Positions 52,869 through 63,006 of a stretch of 64,000 bases of DNA are shown here, piece by piece. Made by a program: the position numbers and the translations under genes. Under the pieces are notes generated by a model. That model was not told where the DNA came from. It ran no database searches and saw only the letters and a program-made list of their open reading frames with translations. Origin of the DNA: an uncultured delta proteobacterium (GTDB lineage: Bacteria > Myxococcota_A > UBA9160 > SMWR01); assembly GCA_963832165.1 (NCBI GenBank), contig CAWHTE010000005.1, forward strand, positions 311,509 to 375,508. Direction: 5' to 3'. The number at the start of each line of letters is the position of its first letter. Position 1 is the first letter of the stretch.

Positions 52869-53738
52869 ATGCTCGCCCCGGTGGAGCTTCCCCCGCCCCG
52901 CCTCTGGCGCGCGCTCGTCGAGCGCGCGATCGATGAAGATCTCGGCTCCGGCGACGTGACCTCGGCTCTGGTCGTGCCCCCGGACGCCGAAGCGCCCGGC
53001 GTGATCGAGGCCCGCCAGGATCTCGTGGTCTGCGGGATCGAGGTGGCCCGCGAGGTGTTCGCAGTGATCGAGCCGCGGCTCGCATTCGAGCCCGCAGCCG
53101 CCGATGGCGACGCGGTCGCGGCCGGCACCCCGCTCGCGCGCATCTCCGGGCCGCTGCGCGCACTGCTCGCGGGCGAGCGCACCGCGCTGAACTTCCTCAT
53201 GCGCATGTGCGGCATCGCGACCGCGACGCGGCGCTATGTGGAGGCCGTGGCCGGAACCGGCGCCGAGATCGTCGACACGCGCAAGACGCTGCCGGGCTGG
53301 CGCGCGCTCGACAAGTACGCGACCGCGGTCGGCGGCGCGCGCAATCACCGCGTCGGCCTCTACGACGGCATCCTGCTCAAGGACAACCACGTCGCGTTCG
53401 CGGGGGGCGTCGTCCCCGCGCTCAAGGCCGCGCGCTCGGCGGCGCCGGCGGGCCTGCGCGTGCAGGTCGAGGTCGAATCGGAGGAGGACGCGCAGGCCGC
53501 CGTCGACGCAGGCGCGGACTTCCTGCTGCTCGACAACTGCGGCATCGACGTGCTGCGCCGGATCGCGCAGCGCCTGCAGGGCAAAGCCCTGCTCGAGGCG
53601 AGCGGCGGCGTGAATCTCGCCAACGTGCGCGCGGTCGCGGAGACCGGCGTGCAGCGGATCTCGATCGGCGCGCTCACCCACTCGGCACCCGCGGCAGACG
53701 TCGCGCTCGAGCTTGCTGTCGGAGGGGCTCGTAAGTGA
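52869..53738 (+). CDS. nadC: Quinolinate phosphoribosyltransferase
   Basis: DTRKT, NHR, LLKDNH, EASGG, GALTHS. Confidence 0.95.
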   Translation: MLAPVELPPPRLWRALVERAIDEDLGSGDVTSALVVPPDAEAPGVIEARQDLVVCGIEVAREVFAVIEPRLAFEPAAADGDAVAAGTPLARISGPLRALLAGERTALNFLMRMCGIATATRRYVEAVAGTGAEIVDTRKTLPGWRALDKYATAVGGARNHRVGLYDGILLKDNHVAFAGGVVPALKAARSAAPAGLRVQVEVESEEDAQAAVDAGADFLLLDNCGIDVLRRIAQRLQGKALLEASGGVNLANVRAVAETGVQRISIGALTHSAPAADVALELAVGGARK

Positions 53739-54774
53739 GCGCGGGGCCGGTGCGCGTGCTCGACGCGCTGCGCCGCGCCGGCGACCGGCCCAGTTCGGGT
53801 GAAGCGCTGTCCCAGGAGTACGGGATCTCGCGCGCCCAGGTCTGGAAGGACGTCGAGACGCTGCGCGCGCGCGGCTACCAGATCGAGGCCGCCCCCGGCG
53901 GCGGCTACCGGCTGTGCGGCGCGCCCGATCGCCTCTATCCCGAGGAGATCGCGCACGGGCTCACCACCCGATGGCTCGCGAAGCACGTCCACTACTTCGA
54001 CGAGACCGATTCCACCAATCGCGTCGCGCTCGATCTCGCGCGCGAGGGAGCACCGCACGGCACCGCGGTAGTGGCCGAGGGCCAGAGCGCGGGGCGCGGG
54101 CGGCTCGGGCGCCGCTTCCACTCACCGCCCTACCTGAACCTCTACACCTCGATCGTGCTGCGCCCCGAGCTCAGCCTGCCCGACGCCCCCGCGTGGACGC
54201 TCGCGTCCGCGGTGGCGGTCGCGGACACCGTGGCCGAAGCGATCGACGCAAGTCTCGCGCAGCGAGCCGAAGGCGAGCGAAGGCCATCGGGCGGGGACGA
54301 CGCCGTCGAGATCAAATGGCCCAACGACGTGCTGGTCGACGGGCGCAAGGCGTGCGGGATCCTGCTCGAGCTCGCCGCCGAGGCCACCCGCGTGGCGTTC
54401 CTCGTGCTCGGGATCGGCGTGAACCTGAACGTCGATCCCGCCACCTTCCCCGAGGAGTTCCGCGCCAGCGCGACGAGCCTGTCGGCTCACACGGGGCGCC
54501 CGATCGATCGCGCCGCCTTCGCGCGCGCTCTCTACACGCGGCTGGAACGCATGCTCGACGCCTGCGCGGTGACCGGGTTCCGTGGGATACTGCCCCGGTT
54601 CGAGGCCCGCTTCCGGATGCGCGGACGCCGCGTGCGCGTGCGCGAGCTCGATGGCAGCGAGCAGGAGGGTTGGGTGCACGGAATCGATGACGACGGGGCG
54701 CTCCGGCTCGCCCTCGCGAGCGGCGCCCAGGTCCGCTTCCTGGCCGGGGACGTGTCTCTCGCGAAGGAGTCCGC

Positions 54775-54778
<4 letters not shown>
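53735..54778 (+). CDS. birA: Biotin-protein ligase/repressor carrying a 14-aa repeat-derived insert
   Basis: N-terminal HTH, DSTN, GRGRLGR, KWPND, GIGVN. Confidence 0.95.
54248..54289 (+). repeat. 42-bp repeat in-frame inside birA (ASLAQRAEGERRPS)
   Basis: gcaagtctcgcgcagcgagccgaaggcgagcgaaggccatcg, near-identical to 28023-28064. Confidence 0.9.
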
Positions 54779-55578
<800 letters not shown>

Positions 55579-55579
55579 C

Positions 55580-55660
55580 GCGCGCGTAGCGAGACAAGTT
55601 TCGCGCAGCGAGCCGAAGGCGAGCGAAGACCAGAAGGAATGCCGAGCGAAGACCCATCAG
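55580..55660 (+). repeat. 42-bp repeat (55594-55636) nested within a degenerate copy of itself
   Basis: gcgcgtagcgag[acaagtttcgcgcagcgagccgaaggcgagcgaagaccagaag]gaatgccgagcgaagacc. Confidence 0.75.
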
Positions 55661-55686
55661 GTGGATACCGGAGAAGGAGCCGCCCC

Positions 55687-57744
55687 ATGAAAGACATCAA
55701 GGTCAGCGACACACACAACTTCGCGCTCGTGGGGCACGCACACGACGGAAAGACGTCGCTCGGCGAGGCGATCCTGCACGCGGCCGGCGCCACCCACGCG
55801 CTCGGCAGCGTCGTCGCGGGCACCTCGGTGCTGAACCAGCTGCCCGAAGAGAAGGAGCGCAAGTCGACGATGACGTCGTGCGTGTTCAGCTACGACGCGG
55901 GTGGCAAGCACTACTCGCTCGTCGACACGCCCGGCGATTCGAACTTCGCGGGCGACGCGCAGATCGTGCTGCAGCGCCTCGACGGCGCAGTGCTGGTCGT
56001 GTCCGCGCTGGACGGCGCACGCGTGGGCACCGATCGCTCGTACCGCTTCTGCCGCGAGCACGGAATCCCGATGGTCGCGTTCGTGAACGGTCTCGACCGC
56101 GAGCGCGCGTCGCTCGACACGGCACTCGAATCGATCGCGGCGCTCTCGGCCAAGCCCGTGCTGCTCACGCTGCCGATCGGCGAGCACGAGGGACTCCGCG
56201 GCGTGGTGGACCTGTGGACGGGCCGCGCGCACACGGCCGCGGGCGAGAGCGATCCGCCGGCCGAGCTCGCCGACGAGATCGCGGCAGCGCGCGAGAAGCT
56301 CGTCGAAGACGCCGCGGAGTGCGACGACGCGATCCTCGAGAAGTACCTCGAGGAGGGCGAGCTCTCGAGCGAGGACCTGCGCCAGGCGCTCGTCTCCGGC
56401 ACGCGTTCGGGCGCGATCCTGCCCGTGCTGTGCGGCTCCGCGACCCACGAGCTGGGAATCCGCCCGCTCCTGCACGCGATCTCGGATCTTCTGCCGTCTG
56501 CGGCGGACCGCGCGCGCGCGTTCTCGAGCGCGAGCGGTGAGGAGATCGCGGCCGATCCCGACGCACCGTTCACGGCACAGGTGATCAAGACCGCGATCGA
56601 CCGCTACACCGGCACCCTCTCGATCTTTCGCGTCGTCTCGGGCCGGATCCACCCCGACACTCCCATCCTCGACGCGACGCGCGACGGCAAGGAGCGGATC
56701 GGGAAGCTGTTCCTGATGCGCGGCAGCGAGCACGTCGAGGTGCCGGAGGCCGGCCCGGGCGACGTCATCGCGGTGGCCAAGCTCAAGCACGTTCACACGG
56801 GCGATGCGCTCACTGCGGAAAAAGGCGGTGTGGCGCTTGCCCCGATCACCATTCCCCAGGGTGTCATTTCCTATGCCATCCGCGCGAAATCAAAGGGAGA
56901 TGAGGATAAAGTCTTCACCTCGCTCGGCCGACTCGTAGAGGAGGATCCGACCCTCCAGCTCGGGCGCGATCCGTCCACCGGCGAATACCTGCTCACGGGG
57001 CGCGGAGAGCTGCACGTGCGGATGACGGTCCACAAGCTGCACCGGATGTACGGCGTCGACGTGGACCTGCGCACGCCGAAGGTCCCCTACCGCGAGACAG
57101 TCAAGAAGAAGGCCGAGAACGTCGAGGGGAAGCTCAAGAAGCAGAGCGGCGGCAAGGGAATGTTCGGAGTCTGTTACCTCACGATCGAGCCCCTGCCGCG
57201 CGGCGCGGGCATCGAGTTCTCCGACGAGATCGTCGGCGGCTCGATTCCGCGCAACCTGATCCCGGCCGTCGAAAAGGGCGTGATCGAGGCCGCGCAGGTG
57301 GGACCGCTCGCGGGCTACCCGGTCGTGGACGTGCGCGTGCGCTGCATCGACGGCAAGCACCACTCGGTCGACTCGAACGAGATGGCGTTCAAGCTCGCGG
57401 GATCGTTCGGCTTCAAGGCGGCGATCGAGGCCGCCTCGCCGACGCTGCTCGAGCCCGTGATGAACCTGCACGTGTCGGTGCCCGACCACTGCGTCGGCGA
57501 CGTGATGGGCGACCTCTCGAGCCGGCGCGGACGCGTCGGGTCCGGCGAGGCACAGGGCACCTCGCAGGTGATCGCGGCACAGGTACCGATGTCGGAGCTG
57601 CTCGAGTACGCGAGCGCGCTCACGAGCATCACGGGCGGCCAGGGCGAGTTCCACATGGAATTCTCCCACTACGACGAGGCGCCCTCACACGTCCGGGAGA
57701 AGGTGATCGCCGAGGCCCAGGCCAAGAAGAACGAAGCGTCCTGA
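55687..57744 (+). CDS. fusA2: Divergent elongation factor G paralog (EF-G II type)
   Basis: GHAHDGKT, DTPGD, NGLD, EEDPT, KQSGG, SVDSNEMAF, LLEP. Confidence 0.9.
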   Translation: MKDIKVSDTHNFALVGHAHDGKTSLGEAILHAAGATHALGSVVAGTSVLNQLPEEKERKSTMTSCVFSYDAGGKHYSLVDTPGDSNFAGDAQIVLQRLDGAVLVVSALDGARVGTDRSYRFCREHGIPMVAFVNGLDRERASLDTALESIAALSAKPVLLTLPIGEHEGLRGVVDLWTGRAHTAAGESDPPAELADEIAAAREKLVEDAAECDDAILEKYLEEGELSSEDLRQALVSGTRSGAILPVLCGSATHELGIRPLLHAISDLLPSAADRARAFSSASGEEIAADPDAPFTAQVIKTAIDRYTGTLSIFRVVSGRIHPDTPILDATRDGKERIGKLFLMRGSEHVEVPEAGPGDVIAVAKLKHVHTGDALTAEKGGVALAPITIPQGVISYAIRAKSKGDEDKVFTSLGRLVEEDPTLQLGRDPSTGEYLLTGRGELHVRMTVHKLHRMYGVDVDLRTPKVPYRETVKKKAENVEGKLKKQSGGKGMFGVCYLTIEPLPRGAGIEFSDEIVGGSIPRNLIPAVEKGVIEAAQVGPLAGYPVVDVRVRCIDGKHHSVDSNEMAFKLAGSFGFKAAIEAASPTLLEPVMNLHVSVPDHCVGDVMGDLSSRRGRVGSGEAQGTSQVIAAQVPMSELLEYASALTSITGGQGEFHMEFSHYDEAPSHVREKVIAEAQAKKNEAS
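56907..56934 (+). promoter_or_regulatory. Candidate intragenic sigma28-type promoter
   Basis: TAAA-N16-GCCGACTC preceded by an AT-rich codon patch. Confidence 0.45.
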
Positions 57745-57804
57745 GCCGGTCGTCCCCGACTCGGCTCGGACGGCGCGGGAGCGCGTCCCGCGTGAACGGA
57801 GTGC

Positions 57805-58893
57805 GTGTCGATGGAACGCCAGCCCAAGAAGATCCGCCTCGCGCTCTCGCCGCAGGCGGAGAAGTACGCGCGCCGCGATGCGCCGCGCGAGGTTCGACTC
57901 ATGGCGGCGCGCGGCGCGCTGCCGCTCCAACCGGTCGAGCTCGCCACGGTGCTGTTCGCGCTCATGCACGACGAGGACGCCGAGGTGAAGTCGACAGCGC
58001 GCGACAGCCTCGAGGATCTGCCCGACGCCGTGATCGGCGCGGTGCTCACCGCGCCCGCGCACCCTGCCCTGCTCGACCACCTCGCGCGCGCGTTCTCCGA
58101 CAGCGAGGACCGCCTCGAGCGGATCGCGCTCAATCCCGCCACGGACGACCGCACGATCGCGTACCTCGCGGGCCGGCCGTTCAAGGGCGTCGTCGAGATC
58201 GTCGCGAACAATCAGCTGCGCCTGATGCGCAGCCCCCCGATCGTCGAGGCGCTCGGCGCCAATCCGATGACGGGCCGCTCGGTGATCGAGCGCATCCTCG
58301 TGTTCCTGGGCGTGCCCGCACCCGAGCGGGATGACGACGACGACGCCCCGCCCCCCACCCCCGTCGAGGAGGTGAGCGAGGAGCAGGCGCGCACCGCGCT
58401 CGAGGTGGTGCTCGGCGCGAGCTTCTCCGCACTGGTCGAGGAGCGGGCCGAGCCCGTCGACGAGAAGGAGCTCGAGCAGGGCGGCAGCCTCTACAGCCTG
58501 ATCCAGAATCTGTCCGTGTTCCAGAAGATCAAGCTCGGCCGCCTCGGCAACAAGGAGGCGCGCAGCCTGCTCGTGCGCGATCGCAACAAGATCGTCGCGA
58601 TCGCCGCGATCACGAGCCCCAAGATCACCGAGCAGGAGCTGCTCTCCGTGGCGCAGTCGCGCGCCGTCGGCGACGAGGTGATCCGCGTGATCTGCCGCAA
58701 CAAGGACGCCACGCGCAGCTACCAGATGAAGCTCGCGCTCGCGACGAACCCGAAGACGCCGCAGGCGAACGCGATGAAATTCGTGAACTATCTGCAGGAC
58801 AAGGATCTCCAGAAGCTCATGAAGAGCAAGGACGTCCCGACCGTGATCTCGACCCACGCGCGGCGCCTCCTGACGAGAAAGGGAAAGGTCTGA
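57805..58893 (+). CDS. Helical-repeat (HEAT/LRV-like) hypothetical protein
   Basis: Repeated ALNP/TNPKTP helical motifs; TGATG coupling to the next gene. Confidence 0.75.
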   Translation: MSMERQPKKIRLALSPQAEKYARRDAPREVRLMAARGALPLQPVELATVLFALMHDEDAEVKSTARDSLEDLPDAVIGAVLTAPAHPALLDHLARAFSDSEDRLERIALNPATDDRTIAYLAGRPFKGVVEIVANNQLRLMRSPPIVEALGANPMTGRSVIERILVFLGVPAPERDDDDDAPPPTPVEEVSEEQARTALEVVLGASFSALVEERAEPVDEKELEQGGSLYSLIQNLSVFQKIKLGRLGNKEARSLLVRDRNKIVAIAAITSPKITEQELLSVAQSRAVGDEVIRVICRNKDATRSYQMKLALATNPKTPQANAMKFVNYLQDKDLQKLMKSKDVPTVISTHARRLLTRKGKV

Positions 58894-59879
58894 TGGCTAA
58901 AGTCAGCCCGAGCGGCGCCGAGGTGAACGCGCGGATCGTGTACTGGGGCATCGAGGGCGCCGGCAAGCGCACGAGCCTCGCGGGCGTCTATCGCAAGCTG
59001 CGGCCCGACCACCGCGGCGACATGCGCGAGGTGCCGACGCGCTTCGATCCCTCCGTCAGCTACACGGTGCTGCCGATCGAGCTCGGCGACGTCAGCGGTC
59101 AACACACGCGGATCGAGCTGATCGCCGTGCCGGGAGCGCCCGAGCACGCGCCGACCCGCAAGCAGCTGCTCGATCAGGTCGACGGGATCGTGCTCGTAGT
59201 CGACTGCCGTCGCGAGTGCCTCGAGGAGAACCTCGCCAGCGTCGAGGAGCTCGCCAAGGCGCTCGAAGACTACGCGCGCCCGATCGACGAGATGCCGCTC
59301 GTCGTCCAGTACAACAAGCGCGACCTCGCCGATGCCTACGACGCCGACGAGCTGCACCGGCGGCTCGGGCTCGCGGGCGCGACCGTGTTCGAATCGGTCG
59401 CCACGCAGGGCACCGGTCTGCTCCAGGCGCTCTCGACGATCTCGAAGAAGGTGATCCGCGCGCTGCGCGGCGAGAGCCTCGGCTCCACGCGCGCGCCGTT
59501 CGCGGCGGAGCCCGCCGTCGCAACGCGAGCGCCCGAGCCCGTCGCCACCGAGCGCGTGATGCCCACGCCACAGCAGGCGATGGAGGAGGCGATCCTCGCC
59601 GAGGCCGATCACCCCGACATGCGCGCGATCGACGCGGAGTCGCAAGCGGCCGCAGCGGCGCTCTCCGATCAACCGTGGCTGCACGAACCCGATCCGGCCG
59701 ACGTGCGCGGCGGCGCGCGGATCGGCAGCAGCCTCACGATCGTCTCGGTCGGCGAAGCGACGCGCGCCGACGAGCGCAGCGTGCGCATCCCGCTCGTACT
59801 CGGAGACGACGAGGGAGGAACTTCGACCGTGGTGCTCACGGTGCGGATCGATCCTCTGCTCGGAGAGAGCGGAGACTGA
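58893..59879 (+). CDS. MglA-like small GTPase paralog with degenerate catalytic residues and C-terminal extension
   Basis: IVYWG..GK, VPG, VDGIVLVVD, QYNKRDL colinear with MglA. Confidence 0.85.
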   Translation: MAKVSPSGAEVNARIVYWGIEGAGKRTSLAGVYRKLRPDHRGDMREVPTRFDPSVSYTVLPIELGDVSGQHTRIELIAVPGAPEHAPTRKQLLDQVDGIVLVVDCRRECLEENLASVEELAKALEDYARPIDEMPLVVQYNKRDLADAYDADELHRRLGLAGATVFESVATQGTGLLQALSTISKKVIRALRGESLGSTRAPFAAEPAVATRAPEPVATERVMPTPQQAMEEAILAEADHPDMRAIDAESQAAAAALSDQPWLHEPDPADVRGGARIGSSLTIVSVGEATRADERSVRIPLVLGDDEGGTSTVVLTVRIDPLLGESGD

Positions 59880-62167
59880 TGCGAAAGCGGATCGGCATCT
59901 ACGGGGCCTCGGACGAGGCCCTCGCGCTGATTCCGCTGCTCAGCGCCAATCCGGCCGTCGAGATCGCGGCGGTCGTGGATCCCGATGCGCTGCAGCTGCA
60001 CGCGCGGCTGCCGCACCTTCCGCCCGGCGTCGCCGCGCTGCTCGAGCAGACGCTCACGAACGATCCGCAGGCGCTGCTCGGCGACGCGTCGCTGCACGCC
60101 GTGATCGACGCGGGCGCCGAGCGTTCGTTCGCGGAGCGCTTTCCCGCCGCGCTCGAGCGCGGCCTCCAGGTCGTATCGCCGCTCACGGCGCGTCTGCTCT
60201 GGGGATTCGGCGTGCCGTCACACGATCGCCAGGCCGACCTGCTCCAGGCGCTCCACGAGGTGGTCGAGTCCTACAACCTCACAGTCGACGCGGACGAGCT
60301 GTTCGCGCGCATGCTCGAGATCGCGATCGCGGTGACGGGCGCCGAGGGCGGCTCGCTCATGCTCGCGGACGAATCGGCCCGCGAGCTCTCGGTGCGCGTG
60401 GCCGTGGGCGTCGAGCGCGAGCTGTGGCCGAAGATCCGCGTGCCGTTCGGCGACGGGATCGCGGGCCGCGTCGCCGCGGAAGGTCGGTCGCTGCGCCTGC
60501 GCGGCAAGGCCGATCGGGCGCGGTTTCGGATCGTGCGCGAGCGGCTCGACGTGGAGTCCGCGGTGTCGGTTCCGCTCCTGCACGACGGCCGCGTACTCGG
60601 CGTGCTGAATCTGCACCACCGCACCCGCCCCGACGCGTTCGGCGAAGAGGACTTCGCGTTCACGGAAGAGCTCGCGCGGCTCGACGCGCAGATCATCGCG
60701 CGTGCGCAGGAGCACGAGGCGCTCGCTCGCCAGGCCGCACGCTATGCGGCGGTGCAGGAGGTGCGCGCGATCCTGTCCGGGCGCGAGCCGATCGCGGAGC
60801 GCCTGCGCAGGCTGTGCGAGTGGGTCGCGGCGCGCACGGGCGGCGGGATCGCGTCGATCTACCAGCTCGATCGCGCGGCGGGCGGCCTGCGCCTCGCCGC
60901 GACCACGCTCGCGAGCGGGAGCCTCGGCGGCGAGTACCGCGTCCAGCCCGGGCGCGGGATCGACGGCCGGGCCGCCCAGAGCCGCACCCCGGCCTTCCTG
61001 CGTCAGCCCGACGGTGCGGTCGCCTACGCGGCCCTCCCGCTCGTGAACGAGACAGAGCTCGTCGGTGTGCTGTCGATCCAGAGCGGCGCCGAGCCGCCGC
61101 GCGGGCGCGCTGCCGAGGAGACGCTGCTCGAGATCGCTTCGACCGCCGCGCGCGAGATCGCCGACGCCGAGCGCGCCGTGCAGATGGCCGCGCGCGCCGA
61201 GCGCACGGCCGCGATCCATGAGGCCGGGATCCGCATGATCACGACCACCGACCCCGCGGAGGTGCTGCGGCTCGGCACGTCGTCGGCCGCGATGGTGCTC
61301 GAGGCCGATCACGCCGTGCTGCGCCTGCAGGACGAGGACACCCAGCGCTTCGTGATCCGGTCCTACTTCGGATCCGCGGACGGCCGGCTCCAGGAACGGC
61401 TGTTCCGGCTCGACAAGGACGTCTCGGTCGACGTGCTGCGCCGACGCGCGCCGCGCCTCGAGCGCGAGGTGTCGGCCGATGCGCGGCTCTCGGCGCACGG
61501 CAGCGAAGTGCGCTCGCTGCTCGCCGCGCCGCTGCGCCGCGACGGGCAGCTGGTCGGAACGCTCGCGCTCTACGACAAGATCGCCGCGGACCGCTTTACC
61601 GCGGGCTCGTTCAACGACGAGGACGCCCAGCTGTTCGCACAGTTCGTGTCGTACTTCGAGCGCGCGATCGCGAACGCGGTCTTCTACGACAAAGCCCGGC
61701 GCTTCCGCAACTTCGACGAAGACACGGGACTGCCCAACGCCGCCTATCTCGCCCAGCGGGTCCGCGAGGAGACCGCGCGCGCGGGCGCGCGCGACGGTGC
61801 GTTCGCGCTCGTGGTCGTTCGAATTGCGAACTTTGCCGAGGTCGAGGCGGCCGGCGATCCCGTGAAGACGCGCCGCGTGGTCCAGACGGTGGTGGATGCG
61901 CTGCGACGCAACTCGCGCGAGTTCGACGTCCTCACGCGCTGCGAGAACGCGGAGTTCGCGCTGCTGGTCCCCGAGCCCGGCCACGACCCGGCGCAGCGCG
62001 TGCTCGACCTCGCGCGTGCGGTGTCCGAGGACGTGACGCGCGACGAGCGCGTGAACACCCCGCACCGGGTGGCGCTCGCGTTCGGCTACGCGATCCATGG
62101 CAAGGACGGACCCGACGTCCAGAGCCTGCTCGCGCGCGCGCGCGATCCGCGCATCCACATGGTGTAG
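59879..62167 (+). CDS. Rossmann-like/multi-GAF/degenerate GGDEF protein
   Basis: GDGIAGRVA and VLGVLNL GAF motifs; DEDTGLPN; REFD-VLTR-CENAEF in place of RxxD...GGDEF. Confidence 0.85.
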   Translation: MRKRIGIYGASDEALALIPLLSANPAVEIAAVVDPDALQLHARLPHLPPGVAALLEQTLTNDPQALLGDASLHAVIDAGAERSFAERFPAALERGLQVVSPLTARLLWGFGVPSHDRQADLLQALHEVVESYNLTVDADELFARMLEIAIAVTGAEGGSLMLADESARELSVRVAVGVERELWPKIRVPFGDGIAGRVAAEGRSLRLRGKADRARFRIVRERLDVESAVSVPLLHDGRVLGVLNLHHRTRPDAFGEEDFAFTEELARLDAQIIARAQEHEALARQAARYAAVQEVRAILSGREPIAERLRRLCEWVAARTGGGIASIYQLDRAAGGLRLAATTLASGSLGGEYRVQPGRGIDGRAAQSRTPAFLRQPDGAVAYAALPLVNETELVGVLSIQSGAEPPRGRAAEETLLEIASTAAREIADAERAVQMAARAERTAAIHEAGIRMITTTDPAEVLRLGTSSAAMVLEADHAVLRLQDEDTQRFVIRSYFGSADGRLQERLFRLDKDVSVDVLRRRAPRLEREVSADARLSAHGSEVRSLLAAPLRRDGQLVGTLALYDKIAADRFTAGSFNDEDAQLFAQFVSYFERAIANAVFYDKARRFRNFDEDTGLPNAAYLAQRVREETARAGARDGAFALVVVRIANFAEVEAAGDPVKTRRVVQTVVDALRRNSREFDVLTRCENAEFALLVPEPGHDPAQRVLDLARAVSEDVTRDERVNTPHRVALAFGYAIHGKDGPDVQSLLARARDPRIHMV

Positions 62168-62205
62168 GGCCACTCGGTCACCGGCCTCTCGGTTATCATG
62201 CGCGC

Positions 62206-63006
62206 GTGACCCCCGAGCAGCGCGACACCTACGCGAAGACCGGCTACCTCGTGGTGCGCGCGCTGTTCAGCGCTCAACAGATCGCGCCCTGGCTCGAACG
62301 CCTCGAGGAGCTGCTCGGTGGCGATGCGCCGCCGGCCGCCGGAATGCTCGTGATGCGCGACGTGATGGTTGCCAAGGGCGTCGTCGAACCCGACACGCGC
62401 GCGAAGGCGATCGCGAAGATCCAGGATTTCGAGAACGACGCGGTGCTCTGGACCTACGTCGAGCACCCGCTCCTGCTCGACTGGGTCGAGCAGTTCACCG
62501 GGCCGGATGTGGCATCGATCCACACGATGCTGATCAACAAGCCGCCCGACGTGGACGGTCGCCATCCGCTGCACCAGGACCTGCTCTACTTCCCGTTCCG
62601 CCCCGCCGAGCAGATCGTTGCCGCCTGGACGGCGCTCGAGTCCTGCACGCGCGAGAACGGCTGCCTCGCCGTCGTGCCCGGAACGCACCGAGGTGAGCTC
62701 TTGCGGCACGGCAACCCCGACTGGGAGTTCGTGAACGGGGGCTACTTCGGCGCCGAGGGCGTCGGTGCGCATCCCGACCGCGTGCACCTCGAAATGGAGC
62801 CCGGCGACACGGTCTTCTTCCACCCGCTGCTCCTGCACGGCTCCGGCCGCAACCGAAGCCCGGGATTCCGGCGCGCAATCTCCGCGCACTACGCGAGCGC
62901 CGGCTGCCGCTGGCTCGCCGACGGACACCGCCACGGCGGGCGGCCGTTCCAACTCTTGCGCGGGAGCGCCGATCCCGACGGGATCGTGGGAGCGCGTACG
63001 CGGTGA
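62206..63006 (+). CDS. Phytanoyl-CoA dioxygenase (PhyH) family protein
   Basis: HQD, ENGCL.VVPGTH, LLHGSG.N, RRAIS. Confidence 0.9.
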   Translation: MTPEQRDTYAKTGYLVVRALFSAQQIAPWLERLEELLGGDAPPAAGMLVMRDVMVAKGVVEPDTRAKAIAKIQDFENDAVLWTYVEHPLLLDWVEQFTGPDVASIHTMLINKPPDVDGRHPLHQDLLYFPFRPAEQIVAAWTALESCTRENGCLAVVPGTHRGELLRHGNPDWEFVNGGYFGAEGVGAHPDRVHLEMEPGDTVFFHPLLLHGSGRNRSPGFRRAISAHYASAGCRWLADGHRHGGRPFQLLRGSADPDGIVGARTR

